Shown in pieces: positions 7,884 to 16,997 of a DNA stretch of 32,000 nt. The notes under the pieces are model-generated. The model did no database searches. It was not told where the DNA came from and was given only the letters and a program-made list of their open reading frames with translations. Position 1 is the stretch's first letter; the number at the start of each line of letters is the position of its first letter. The position numbers and the translations under genes are program-made. The stretch lies in assembly GCF_035481615.1 (NCBI RefSeq), contig NZ_JAYKOT010000001.1, forward strand, positions 90,070 to 122,069. The letters are read 5' to 3'. The DNA comes from Citroniella saccharovorans. GTDB taxonomy: Bacteria; Bacillota; Clostridia; Tissierellales; Peptoniphilaceae.

Positions 7884-8846
7884 ATGACAGAAAAAAATAT
7901 TAAACAACCGGCAACGGCTTTTGCTTCACCAAGATTTGTTAATACAGGAAACTTTATGCGTATGCAAAGATTTGACAATGCAGAAGGATTAGACTTCGCA
8001 ATCTATGGAATTCCTTTTGATACAGCTTGTTCATACAGAGTTGGGGCAAGATTTGGTCCTCAAGCAATAAGAAATATTTCTGTAATGATGAAGACTAACA
8101 ATCCTGTACACGAAGTTAATATTCTTGACTACCTAAAGGGTGGAGATCTTGGAGACGTTAACGTTGTTCCTGGATACATACATCCAACATATGATGCAAT
8201 TGAAAAATTTGCAGGCGAAATATTAAAAGCAGGCGCTATTCCAATAGCTCTTGGTGGAGACCACTCAATAACTCTAGGAGAACTTAGAGCAGTTGCTAAG
8301 GAACATGGACCTGTATCACTACTTCACTTTGACTCTCACGCTGACATTAACGACACTGTATTTGGAGAAAAATATAATCACGGAACTCCATTTAGAAGAG
8401 CAATTGAAGAAGGACTAATCGACCCACATAAATCTGTTCAAATTGGTATGAGAGGTTCTCTATATGACGCTGGAGAGTTTAAACTAGCTAAGGACTTAGG
8501 ATTAACTCTTATTCCAACTCACAAGGTTCGTGAAATGGGAATTCCTGAAACAATTAAAAAGGCAAAAGAAATTATCGGAGATAACAAAGTATTCTTAACT
8601 TTCGATATCGACTTTATCGACCCTGCTTATGCACCTGGTACTGGTACTCCTGAAGTTGGTGGATACACTTCACTAGAAGGTGTTGACATTATCAGAAGAT
8701 TAGAAGGATTGAACTTTGTTGGAATGGACGTAGTTGAAGTTGCACCTCCATATGACCATGCGGAAATAACTTCTCTACTTGCAGCTAACTTAATCTTTGA
8801 ATTCTTATCAATCCTTGCGTTAAATAAGAGAGAGAAACAAAAATAA
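7884..8846 (+). CDS. agmatinase-family ureohydrolase (agmatinase / guanidino-acid hydrolase type)
   Basis: 320 aa with the arginase-fold Mn-binding motifs GGDHSIT, FDSHADIN and DIDFIDPAYAPGTGTPEVGG, plus MDVVEVAP. Confidence 0.85.
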   Translation: MTEKNIKQPATAFASPRFVNTGNFMRMQRFDNAEGLDFAIYGIPFDTACSYRVGARFGPQAIRNISVMMKTNNPVHEVNILDYLKGGDLGDVNVVPGYIHPTYDAIEKFAGEILKAGAIPIALGGDHSITLGELRAVAKEHGPVSLLHFDSHADINDTVFGEKYNHGTPFRRAIEEGLIDPHKSVQIGMRGSLYDAGEFKLAKDLGLTLIPTHKVREMGIPETIKKAKEIIGDNKVFLTFDIDFIDPAYAPGTGTPEVGGYTSLEGVDIIRRLEGLNFVGMDVVEVAPPYDHAEITSLLAANLIFEFLSILALNKREKQK

Positions 8847-10312
8847 TGAAAGAGCAAACTAATTTTAGGGGAGCTCTTAGTAAGTCAGAAATTCGAGATC
8901 TAAATTTAGATCTCGAAGACTTACATCAGTTGGACTCTTTTGATTTAAAAGCAAATGATAAGAAAAAAGGGATTGCTAAGAGTTTAATTTTTACAGCTAT
9001 AGCAATCTTTATCTTTTTTATTCCAATTACGATTAATGGCAAGACCGACATTACTTTTGGAATAATTTATAACGGACTTATGAATTTAACCGGAGTTTAT
9101 GGACTGTGGTTTGTGACATTAATAACCATAGCAACAGCACTACTTAGTATATATGGCAAGTACTTTGCAAAGAGTGGAAAAATCTACAACTACTTTCATG
9201 GAGACTCTATGATTCATCCACTAATCTATTCCATTGGAGCAGCTTTTGCATTGCTATACACCCTTGATGCAACAACTTCTTTAAGTGGACCAGAAATTGT
9301 TGTAGGTGCATCAACTGGAGGAACAGTAATTCCATCAATTGCTGTTGCAGTTTTCTGGATAATCTTGGTTTCATCATTCTGTATGCCATTTTTAATAAAC
9401 TATGGCTTTATTGATTTAATAGGAACTTTGATGGAACCACTTATGAGACCAGTTTTCAAACTTCCTGGAAGAGCTGCAATAAACGCATTAGTTTCATTCC
9501 TTTCAAGTAGTTCTGTTGGTGTGTTGATTACTAACAAGCTATATCGTAGAGGAGTTTATACTGAAAAAGAAGCAGTACTAGTTGCTACAGGTTTCTCCGC
9601 AGTATCTGTAGGTTTCGCCTACATGGTTATTAAAACTGCAGGACTTCAAGATCACTTTGCACTTGTATATCTTGTGTCTGCCTTAATGACTCTTATAGTT
9701 TCAGGTATTATTGGAAGAATCCCTCCTTTTAGTAAGAAGAGAGATATCTATCCAAATGGTAAGGTGCAAACTAAAGAAGATATTGACAATACAAAGTCTT
9801 CTTCAAATAGCGTATTTAAAACAGGTGGAAACAGAGCTGTTAAAAAAGCTTTCTTAGCGCCACCACTTGCAGGAGAAATCAAATCCAGTCTTAAGGACAG
9901 CGTGGAAGTTATACCAAAGGTAGTTACTTCACTTTGCGCTATTGGTACGGGAGCTTTGATACTTGCAGAAAACACACCTATATTTACATTTTTAGGCAAA
10001 CTTTTCGTACCACTTCTAAACCTATTGAGAGTACCTAATGCAGCTGACATTGCTGCAAGTTTCCCTGTGGGAATAGCAGAGATGTTCTTACCTGTACTAT
10101 TAATAGCAGAAAAGGTGCCTGTGCTTGATCCACAAGCGAGATTTTTAGTTGTTTCAGTTTCAATTTCACAAATAATATTCTTTGCTGAAACAATAGTTGT
10201 AATGATGTCTGCAAAGTTGCCTATAAAATTATGGGAGCTTGTTGTTGTGTTCATTGAAAGAACAATACTTGCAATTATAATAGGTTCAATCTTTATGCAC
10301 ATCTTATTCTAA
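8846..10312 (+). CDS. polytopic membrane transporter (possibly YjiH / nucleoside-recognition Gate-domain type), likely substrate importer for the adjacent ureohydrolase
   Basis: 488 aa with about 10-12 hydrophobic segments. Its start overlaps the stop of the ureohydrolase gene (ATAATG). The family name is from memory only. Confidence 0.55.
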   Translation: MKEQTNFRGALSKSEIRDLNLDLEDLHQLDSFDLKANDKKKGIAKSLIFTAIAIFIFFIPITINGKTDITFGIIYNGLMNLTGVYGLWFVTLITIATALLSIYGKYFAKSGKIYNYFHGDSMIHPLIYSIGAAFALLYTLDATTSLSGPEIVVGASTGGTVIPSIAVAVFWIILVSSFCMPFLINYGFIDLIGTLMEPLMRPVFKLPGRAAINALVSFLSSSSVGVLITNKLYRRGVYTEKEAVLVATGFSAVSVGFAYMVIKTAGLQDHFALVYLVSALMTLIVSGIIGRIPPFSKKRDIYPNGKVQTKEDIDNTKSSSNSVFKTGGNRAVKKAFLAPPLAGEIKSSLKDSVEVIPKVVTSLCAIGTGALILAENTPIFTFLGKLFVPLLNLLRVPNAADIAASFPVGIAEMFLPVLLIAEKVPVLDPQARFLVVSVSISQIIFFAETIVVMMSAKLPIKLWELVVVFIERTILAIIIGSIFMHILF

Positions 10313-10318
10313 AAATAA

Positions 10319-10365
10319 AGTCAGTATTTTAGCCGAGTGCCAAAATACTGACTCTTTTTATTTTA
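10319..10365 (+). terminator. intrinsic terminator
   Basis: AGTCAGTATTTT (10319-10330) pairs with AAAATACTGACT (10342-10353) and is followed by CTTTTTATTTT. Confidence 0.7.
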
Positions 10366-10447
10366 AATATTCTTCAAAGTAAGAAACTTCTTCAAGTACA
10401 TCCATTAGTGATTACACTTCAAAGCCCTTGTAGCCTTTAACTTTTTC

Positions 10448-10756
10448 TGGATATGGGACGAGGACACTAAAGAAGAAAGAGAAGAAATGTATAAAGCCTT
10501 TATAAAAGAAATTAAAAAAATTTCACTAGAAAAAGTAGACATAGCTTTCTTCCCACTTGATCCAAGGCTAGAGGAAAGAGCAGAAGACGGCTTAAAAATC
10601 TTTATGGATGAAGTTTCTTCCCAGCTAGTTTTCCCTATGCACCAAGAAGATGACTACTCCAAATCCATCTTATTTTTTAACAATCACAGTGAATATAGAG
10701 ACGTTTTTAAACCAATTTACGACAGAGGCCAAACATTTATAATAAGTTTAGAATAA
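10448..10756 (+). pseudogene. 5'-truncated duplicate of the 3' end of the MBL-fold hydrolase gene
   Basis: 10448-10897 is about 95% identical by eye to 5303-5745 plus 5942-5960. ORF 10487..10756 (89 aa) matches the last 89 aa of the 252-aa protein almost residue for residue. No N-terminal half or HxHxDH motif is present. Confidence 0.8.
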
Positions 10757-10908
10757 TTAAGATAAAAGATTAAAAGTAATAAAAGAGATTTACTTACAAA
10801 AATATAATTTTCTAACACCTATTTTAATTATTTTTCTTAAATTAAGCTAATCGAAGATATATTAAAAAAAATCAAAAAATATAAAAAATTTTATTATTCA
10901 ATATAAAA

Positions 10909-10939
10909 AGAGGGCATGCTATTTAAAGGCATGTCCTCT
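10909..10939 (-). terminator. bidirectional-looking intrinsic terminator downstream of the surface protein gene
   Basis: AGAGGGCATGC (10909-10919) pairs with GCATGTCCTCT (10929-10939), with T/A runs on both sides. Confidence 0.7.
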
Positions 10940-10952
10940 TTCTTTGTTTTCA

Positions 10953-13547
10953 CTATTTGAAAAGATTTTCGCTTACGCTATTTTCTCCTCCAAGTACAAA
11001 GATTTTTTCTATTTTGTTTCTTTCTAGATATTCTTTTACTACTTGTGGTAATTTGTCTTTTCCTGTTAGTAATATTGGGGCTTCTACTTTTCCTGTTATT
11101 GCTCCAAATACTAGTGCGTCTGCATAAGCTGTGCTATTTGCTAGAGCGATTTGTTTTGGATTTACAAATGCTCTTTCTGCTATTTTAACTGCTGTTTCGA
11201 ATCTATCTTTTCCTGAGATTCTGTCCGCTTTTACTCCTAGTTTTACTGAGTTTTCTCCGCCTACTATTAGGATGTCTTTGGCTTTTTCTACTAGTTCTTT
11301 TGCGCATTCTGGTATGCTATCTTTGTTTACTAGTATTACTGCTCTGTCTTCTACTTGTGCTAGGCTTGATGCTGTTAGGGCATCTACTAGGCTTTGTCCG
11401 TTTGCTAGGATTAGTTTTTCTGTTTTTCCTGCGGCTTTTGCTATTTCTACTGCTGTTTCAAATCTATCTTTTCCTGCTATTCTTGTAATGTTTTGTTTTA
11501 GATTTTCTACTGCTTTTTGTGTTATTGAGTTTAAACCGCCTATTAGGATTATGTTTTTGGCTCCTAGTCTTTCTATTTCTTTTGCTACTTCTTCTGGAGT
11601 CATGTCTTTCTTTATTAGTAGGATTGGAGCGTTCTTTTCTTTTGCTAGTACGCTTGCTGCTAGTGCGTCTGCTTCTTTTTCTCCATTTACTAGGATTACG
11701 GTCTCTGCAGTATCAAAGTTTTTCTTTGAGATTTCTACTGCTGTCTTGTATCTATTGTCTCCTGCTTGTCTTCCTAGTTCGATTCCTTCAAAGATGTTCT
11801 TTTCTGGTTTTACTTCTGGTTTTGTTTCAGGCTTTGGATCTGGTCTTGTTCCTGGGTTAGGTCCTGGGATTGGATCTGTGCCTGGTAGGTCACCCTTATT
11901 TTCTTTAGTAATAATTGTTAAATCTACAACTCCACCCACTTGGCATAAAGAATAAAAATCTTCATCTTCATTTGAGTAATTTAGGCTTAGTTCATAAGGT
12001 ATAGGTAAAGAAATTTTATCTTCTAATAAATCTTTAGCTAGACTTATAAGTAGGTAATTATCTTCAGACTTAACACTTATTCCCCTACTTTTAAGCTCAT
12101 CATAAGCCCTATTGTAGTTATTTTTAAAAGTTATAGTTTCATTTTCATCCCATTCAAGAATTTCTAACTTTCTACTTGAATCTACTTCAACCTTTTTACC
12201 ATCAACAGAAATTATTGGATTTTCAAGCCTAAAAATTAACTTATCCCCTTCTTCTTTATAGTCAGTTAATTTTAGGCTTAAACTTGGATTTTGATTTTCT
12301 ATATAGAAAGATCCCATTTCCTTATTTTCTACAAGAGAATTTAATGAAGATAAGTCAATAATTTTATTGTCTGAAAAGTTTTTTATTTCAGCCCTACATT
12401 CCCTAAGAGGACTAATATCTTCAATTTCATTAGAATAGCCCTTAACATCATTTAAATTTTTCATGTTATAAAGAGCGCTAATATCTTTAACCTTATTTAC
12501 AGCAAAATTTAATTCTCTCATTTTAGACATCTTTGCAAGTGGACTAATATCCTTAACCTTATTCTTATAAAGGTAGAGAACTTCTAAGTCAGTTAAATTT
12601 TCTAAAGGACTAATATCCTCTATCATATTTCCCCTTAAAACGAGATTTTTTAGCTTAGTTAAATCCTTTAGAGGAGTTAAATCTTTTATATAAACTAAAT
12701 CTTGTAAATACAAAACTTCAAGATTTTTAAGATTTTTAAGTGGGCTAATATCTGAAATAGCATTTCCACTTGGGTCTGGCTTGTCATAAGGGCCAGAATA
12801 ATTTCCATTCAAATGAAGCGAAGTTAAATTTACTAAATTTTCTAAAGGAGTAATATCCTTTATAATATTGCCTTGAGCCTTAAGAACTTTTAAATTAGTT
12901 AGGTCCTTAATAGGATTAAGGTCAGATATTTTGTTATTATCTAGGTATAATTCTTCTAAATTTGAAAGTTTACTTATAGCTGAAATATCACCTATATTAT
13001 TTTCAGTCGCAGTTAAAATCTTTAACTTATTTAGATTTTCAAGTCCTTTTAAGCTAGTCAAATTATTTGAATTAACATTCACATCTTCAAGACTTCTTAA
13101 ATCTTTTAGAAAATCTAAATTTTCTAAATCATTGCTCTTGATATATACTTTTTTTAACTTAGTGAAATTTGCAAGTAGGCTTAAATCTTTGCAGTGAATA
13201 CTAGAAATATGCAAATCTTCAAGATTTACCGCTTCTTCAATCCCCTTCAAGCTATCTACATTTAAAATTTCAAAAGACTCATCAAATATTGGTCCAATCC
13301 TAAGAGCTTTTAAGTTTCTCATTTGATCCCTAGTAGGAACATAGTCTTTAGCTGTATCAGCATCTAGCTTTTTACTCTCATCAATAAGATTATCCTTATT
13401 CTTTAAAGATTCTACTACTTCCATTCTTACTTTGTCGTCTTTAAAATAGACTTTTTCTAAAGAGCCTTCTTCAGCACTAGCAAAATTATTGCAGATGCCT
13501 ATTACAGCCACTAAACAAACAAAAAATAAAACAAATTTTTTCTTCAT
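10953..13547 (-). CDS. secreted surface protein: signal peptide, ~14 leucine-rich repeats (internalin-like), Pro-rich linker, three C-terminal CWB2-type cell-wall-binding repeats
   Basis: 864 aa. The signal peptide is MKKKFVLFFVCLVAVIGICNNFASA. A 22-aa LRR periodicity follows (LxxLxxLxLxxNxIxDISPL). The linker reads PGTDPIPGPNPGTRPDPKPETKPEVKPEK. Three repeats then contain G(D/K)(N/D)R(Y/F)(K/E)TAVEI...ADALAAS, as in clostridial Cwp-type CWB2 domains. Confidence 0.85.
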   Translation of the reverse strand: MKKKFVLFFVCLVAVIGICNNFASAEEGSLEKVYFKDDKVRMEVVESLKNKDNLIDESKKLDADTAKDYVPTRDQMRNLKALRIGPIFDESFEILNVDSLKGIEEAVNLEDLHISSIHCKDLSLLANFTKLKKVYIKSNDLENLDFLKDLRSLEDVNVNSNNLTSLKGLENLNKLKILTATENNIGDISAISKLSNLEELYLDNNKISDLNPIKDLTNLKVLKAQGNIIKDITPLENLVNLTSLHLNGNYSGPYDKPDPSGNAISDISPLKNLKNLEVLYLQDLVYIKDLTPLKDLTKLKNLVLRGNMIEDISPLENLTDLEVLYLYKNKVKDISPLAKMSKMRELNFAVNKVKDISALYNMKNLNDVKGYSNEIEDISPLRECRAEIKNFSDNKIIDLSSLNSLVENKEMGSFYIENQNPSLSLKLTDYKEEGDKLIFRLENPIISVDGKKVEVDSSRKLEILEWDENETITFKNNYNRAYDELKSRGISVKSEDNYLLISLAKDLLEDKISLPIPYELSLNYSNEDEDFYSLCQVGGVVDLTIITKENKGDLPGTDPIPGPNPGTRPDPKPETKPEVKPEKNIFEGIELGRQAGDNRYKTAVEISKKNFDTAETVILVNGEKEADALAASVLAKEKNAPILLIKKDMTPEEVAKEIERLGAKNIILIGGLNSITQKAVENLKQNITRIAGKDRFETAVEIAKAAGKTEKLILANGQSLVDALTASSLAQVEDRAVILVNKDSIPECAKELVEKAKDILIVGGENSVKLGVKADRISGKDRFETAVKIAERAFVNPKQIALANSTAYADALVFGAITGKVEAPILLTGKDKLPQVVKEYLERNKIEKIFVLGGENSVSENLFK

Positions 13548-13624
13548 ACTTCCCCTCCTATATTTTAAAATCGTTTATATTATATCATAGAAATTATAAA
13601 TAAAACTTATAAAAATATTTTTCT

Positions 13625-13839
13625 GGAATTGTAGGAGAGCGTCTATTGTCCATTTCTTCTATTTTTCGTCTTGCCTTTCTGGACTTGCCATTTGAATTAA
13701 ATGACCTACGCACCATGAAACAATGTATCCACCTCCTTCATAATATCCGTTTTTACTTGTTCTTGCGTGGGTTACCTTTGCAAGTTGTAACTGCTACACT
13801 TGGCTTTTCTGCTATTACTAATTTCATTAATAGCTCCAT
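13625..13839 (-). pseudogene. remnant of a DNA topoisomerase III gene (N-terminal ~65 codons, with a deletion, a frameshift and a stop)
   Basis: Hand translation gives M(ELLM)KLVIAEKPSVA, then in the next frame NGYYEGGGYIVSWCVGHLIQMASPERQDEK*KKW. This matches the conserved TopB N-terminus (MKLVIAEKPS...GYxVSWCVGHL...PExYDxKYKKW). Homology ends near 13625. Confidence 0.6.
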
Positions 13840-13883
13840 AAATTAAAAAAAGAGCGAAAGATTTCTCTCTCGCTCAAAGTATT

Positions 13884-13913
13884 TCTCCCGAATAATATAT
13901 TATTTTCGGGAGA
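13884..13913 (-). terminator. hairpin downstream of the 487-aa gene (weak U-tract)
   Basis: TCTCCCGAA (13884-13892) pairs with TTCGGGAGA (13905-13913). Confidence 0.4.
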
Positions 13914-13934
13914 ATTCTATTTTCTTTTTTAACT

Positions 13935-15398
13935 TTATTTGTTTACTTTCCAATATCCATCTTTAGCACTGCCTTTATACTCGATTGTTTTTTCATCTGT
14001 GAGAACTTTTAAATCTCTCTTAATTGTACTTACGGACACGTATAATATACTAGAAAGCTCCAGTGATGTTATTTTTGAATTTCCTTTTATAAGTTTCACT
14101 ATCTTATTTCGTCTATCATTTGGTTTTAATTTTTTACCATCATTTTCACCCTCATTTTTCCCCTCACTCTGACCGTAATTTTGAGTACCATTTTGAGTGT
14201 CATTTTGAGTGTCATTTTGGGTGTCATAATTTAAATTCTTTAAAATTGTAGTAAATGAAGATTCTGTTGACTTAAACTCTGGTTTTAATTCTTCTTTATA
14301 ATTTTCTTCAGCTTCATAAGCTTCTATAATTTTTCTAAGTCCAGATCCACGTCTTTCCATTAAATCCATTCTAGCAAATACGTCTGCTATGATTGGATTT
14401 CTTCTTGATGAAGATACATCTAGTGGATTTATATCTTGAATAAATGTACCATCATACATACCTCCAGGAGAATAGATTTCTAACCTATCATCATAGATAT
14501 CTACATGGACTTCACTTCCTATCACAGAATAATCTCTATGAATTAATGCATTTACTAAGGCTTCTTGAACTGCCCTTTCGGGATATTCTGGATATTCTAT
14601 TCTGTAGACTGGGCCTTTCTTCCACATCTTTTTAGAATTTCTCTTCACAAAGTCTAAAGAAGCTTTTAGCAGATAAATAATGTTACCTTCAAATTCTATA
14701 TCATCTAAGGCATCCATTCTCCCATTAGCTTTAGTAAGCCCATTCCACCTAGTACAAAATACCCTTGACTGATAAACTTGATAGTTATCAGCAAATAAAG
14801 CTCCTGCTATGGTTAGATTTCCCTCATCATTTACAAGTCCAAAAGATTTCAAATCTTTTTCTTCAAAATCTTTTCCTGTTCTTTCTTTGTACTCGACTTT
14901 AAGTTCCTTAAAGCTTACATCTTCAATTTTTTTCTTTGACTGAAGTGAATCGTAACTTATATGTTCTCCCTTTAAAGACAAATTAAAAAGATCAATTCGA
15001 CTTGCAGGGACACTTTGATTTCCTACTCTTTTATAAGCAGTTCTGTTTCCTGCATCTACTACAAAATATGGAGTGTTTTTCCCAGCAAATATACTTAAAA
15101 TCAATATAACTTTTCCATCAATTTCCTTGATTTCCATATCAAATTCTGGAGTCGGATCCATTTTAATTTTTATGATTTCAGAAATATTTTCAGAAGTCTC
15201 TTGATAGTCACTAAGTCCAAGAATTATGTTATCCTCTTTTACTCCAAATATAAGCTTCCCACCTCTACCATTAGCAAAGGCTGACACAGTTTTTAACCAA
15301 GACTTTGGTTTATTCCTTTCTAATTTTTCTTTTTTGTCATATAGATTTGTTTCTCCAAGATAGTCTTTTAAGTTCAAAGTATCCCTCCTCTCTGGCAA
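13935..15398 (-). CDS. AlbA_2 (Schlafen-like DNA-binding) + ATPase-like + C-terminal winged-HTH protein, often annotated as RecG-like ATP-binding protein / transcriptional regulator
   Basis: 487 aa. The N-terminus has the AlbA_2 signature (ETNLYDKKEKL...KTVSAFANGRGGKLIFGV). The middle region reads AVQEALVNALIHRDYS...RRGSG. The C-terminal wHTH reads ITSLELSSILYVSVSTIKRDLKVL. The likely true start is the TTG at 15377, 6 nt after GGAGGG, not the track start at 15398. Confidence 0.7.
   Translation of the reverse strand: MPERRDTLNLKDYLGETNLYDKKEKLERNKPKSWLKTVSAFANGRGGKLIFGVKEDNIILGLSDYQETSENISEIIKIKMDPTPEFDMEIKEIDGKVILILSIFAGKNTPYFVVDAGNRTAYKRVGNQSVPASRIDLFNLSLKGEHISYDSLQSKKKIEDVSFKELKVEYKERTGKDFEEKDLKSFGLVNDEGNLTIAGALFADNYQVYQSRVFCTRWNGLTKANGRMDALDDIEFEGNIIYLLKASLDFVKRNSKKMWKKGPVYRIEYPEYPERAVQEALVNALIHRDYSVIGSEVHVDIYDDRLEIYSPGGMYDGTFIQDINPLDVSSSRRNPIIADVFARMDLMERRGSGLRKIIEAYEAEENYKEELKPEFKSTESSFTTILKNLNYDTQNDTQNDTQNGTQNYGQSEGKNEGENDGKKLKPNDRRNKIVKLIKGNSKITSLELSSILYVSVSTIKRDLKVLTDEKTIEYKGSAKDGYWKVNK
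14178..14225 (-). repeat. in-frame 12-bp tandem repeat x4 encoding (D/G)TQN repeats inside the 487-aa gene
   Basis: Plus-strand units are ATTTTGAGTACC, ATTTTGAGTGTC, ATTTTGAGTGTC and ATTTTGGGTGTC. The protein reads DTQNDTQNDTQNGTQN. Confidence 0.8.
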
Positions 15399-15524
15399 AT
15401 ATTGTACTTAATTATACCATATTTTTGTATTGTTTATTCGATGATAGGACTTGAGATTTATAATAGTTCATCATCTTCAGCTAATGATTTTTGTGAGTTT
15501 TATAATTGTTAGATTCATCTTTTG

Positions 15525-15731
15525 TTAAGTCTTTACTTTCTTCAAAAATACTTTCAAACACCGCACCTTTTTTATAAGTCTTTTATTTCTTGCTTTTCTT
15601 TCTTGTTCATTAAGTTTTTTCTTCAACTGTCTTTTTTGATTTTGTAACTGCTTGATTTCTTCTTCTGCCATCAATATTTTTTCATCTATATTTTTCATCT
15701 TCCGTTTTCCTCTCTTTCTAAATTTGAGCAA
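15525..15731 (-). pseudogene. DUF3847-like small coiled-coil protein of Firmicute mobilisable elements, C-terminus out of frame at an A6 run
   Basis: The track ORF reads ...IKQLQNQKRQLKKKLNEQERKARNKRLIKKVRCLKV. With one extra A in the run (plus-strand T6 at 15568-15573) it would read RLIKKGAVFESIFEESKDLTKDE. That fits the ERKARxHRLIxRGAxxES pattern I recall for this family. Confidence 0.45.
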
Positions 15732-15739
15732 AGAAAAAA

Positions 15740-15762
15740 CAGTAAACCAATTTGATTTACTG
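15740..15762 (-). terminator. intrinsic terminator after the membrane protein gene
   Basis: CAGTAAA/TTTACTG stem with TTTTTTC following on the minus strand. Confidence 0.5.
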
Positions 15763-15927
15763 TTTCTTGAATTGCTATATTATGGTTTCTTGGTTTTAAG
15801 TGAATTACTTTACTTTTTCAATCTTTATCTTCTTTATTTTCACATTATATAAATTTAGCAAAATAATCCCTAATACAAAAGCCAGTTATGTTATCAATAT
15901 ATCATACTGATGTTATGAGTTTCTCAT

Positions 15928-16347
15928 TTACTTTAAGATACATTTTGCCTTATTGTTTTTTATTAGTTCTATAATAAGTGAGATTAATATCGATATAAGA
16001 ATACACCATATCCATATAAAAACGCCATAATGCTTACTTAGTTGATATTTTGTTTGTGAACTCATATCTTTAGTAATCTTAAGCATAGACTGATTTCTAA
16101 TATAATCACCCATAAAACGTCCTAAAAATAAACCACAAATATTTCCAAAAGTTATGGAATAACCTATATTTTTTCGAAAAAAAGTTATTAAAATTGCAAT
16201 TAATGCCACTAAAATGTAAAAAACCTTATTATGAGCTATCCACTTGAACAAATAATGTGAATTATCCACTAAGCTAAAAATCACATATATAAAGAACCAC
16301 AACAAGGCTTGAATAATTGGACTTATATTTTTTTTATGTGTGCTCAT
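15928..16347 (-). CDS. small integral membrane protein (4 predicted TM segments), function unknown
   Basis: 139 aa with four hydrophobic stretches. It lies directly downstream of a small signal-peptide ORF. Confidence 0.6.
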   Translation of the reverse strand: MSTHKKNISPIIQALLWFFIYVIFSLVDNSHYLFKWIAHNKVFYILVALIAILITFFRKNIGYSITFGNICGLFLGRFMGDYIRNQSMLKITKDMSSQTKYQLSKHYGVFIWIWCILISILISLIIELIKNNKAKCILK

Positions 16348-16352
16348 CTAAT

Positions 16353-16448
16353 TTACCCAATATTTTGTTCTAAATTATTGTCTACTGCTGCAAATGCACT
16401 AACACTCATACTCATTATTAATATAAAAACTAAAACTAATGACATCAT
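16353..16448 (-). CDS. 31-aa peptide that is almost entirely a signal peptide, leaving an 11-aa tail
   Basis: Hand translation: MMSLVLVFILIMSMSVSAFAAVDNNLEQNIG*. An upstream AGGAGG + ATG (16456) would be in frame, giving MKKMMS..., if the A-run had one more A. Below the ORF-track size cutoff. Confidence 0.35.
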   Translation of the reverse strand: MMSLVLVFILIMSMSVSAFAAVDNNLEQNIG

Positions 16449-16544
16449 TTTTTCATAATTAAATTCCTCCTTTGTTTTCGGAAATATTAGGATAAGTCGT
16501 TTCTCTGTTTGTTTTTAGTAAGGAAGAAATCTTTATCACCGTTT

Positions 16545-16864
16545 TTATACCTTTGAGGATTGTTGTAGTTCATTAATATCACCTCCATTTTAATAAATAT
16601 AGTCATATAATTCTTAACAACAATTACGACTATTACACTTATATGTTTCTTTTCCATCCAAGTCAAAAATCTTATACATACAAACTCCTAAAGCATTTGC
16701 TATATAGTTAGAAACATTTAGTCTAGGAATTGTTTCCCCTGTCTCTATTTTGTTTATACTTGTTCTTAAAATCCCTACTTTTTTACCAAGTCTATGCTGC
16801 GATAAACCTAGTGGTTTATGGTAGTTCCCAATTCTATTATCCCTTATTTCTTTTTCTTTGCTTA
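16545..16864 (-). pseudogene. XRE-family HTH protein gene without a canonical start codon
   Basis: An open frame after the TAG reads LSKEKEIRDNRIGNYHKPLGLSQHRLGKKVGILRTSINKIETGETIPRLNVSNYIANALGVCMYKIF..., a typical XRE HTH core. There is no ATG/GTG/TTG upstream of the HTH. Confidence 0.4.
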
Positions 16865-16872
16865 ACTATAGT

Positions 16873-16899
16873 ATTATCATAATTTTATTTTAATGTCAA
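16873..16899 (-). promoter_or_regulatory. near-consensus sigma-70 promoter facing the XRE / peptide / membrane protein genes
   Basis: The minus strand reads TTGACA (rc of 16894-16899), a 15-nt spacer, then ATAATA (rc of 16873-16878). Confidence 0.35.
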
Positions 16900-16997
16900 T
16901 GTTTTTTCTTATTTTAGATTACCTTTTCTCAGTCTATTATTATCTAATATCTATCCTAATATTTTATCGTTTTTCTCATTATTCTAAGTGTTTCTTT

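Noticed and set aside
9207-10302. Minus-strand ORFs 9207..9389 and 9748..10302 (184 aa)
   Set aside because: They are antisense to the 488-aa transporter gene and typical of shadow ORFs in a long coding region.
11131-13197. Plus-strand ORFs 11131..11955 (274 aa), 11300..11488, 11519..11860 and 12931..13197
   Set aside because: They are antisense to the LRR/CWB2 surface protein gene. The products are extremely L/F/S-rich and low-complexity, and the minus-strand frame has a clear domain architecture.
12400-13250. Regular ~66-bp periodicity that could be mistaken for a repeat array or CRISPR
   Set aside because: The periodicity is the 22-codon leucine-rich repeat of the surface protein. Units are diverged and in frame, with no spacer/repeat alternation. 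No CRISPR array was seen anywhere in the window.
13646-13846. Plus-strand ORF 13646..13846 (66 aa)
   Set aside because: It lies opposite the topoisomerase III remnant, which explains the sequence better. There is no RBS and no recognisable product.
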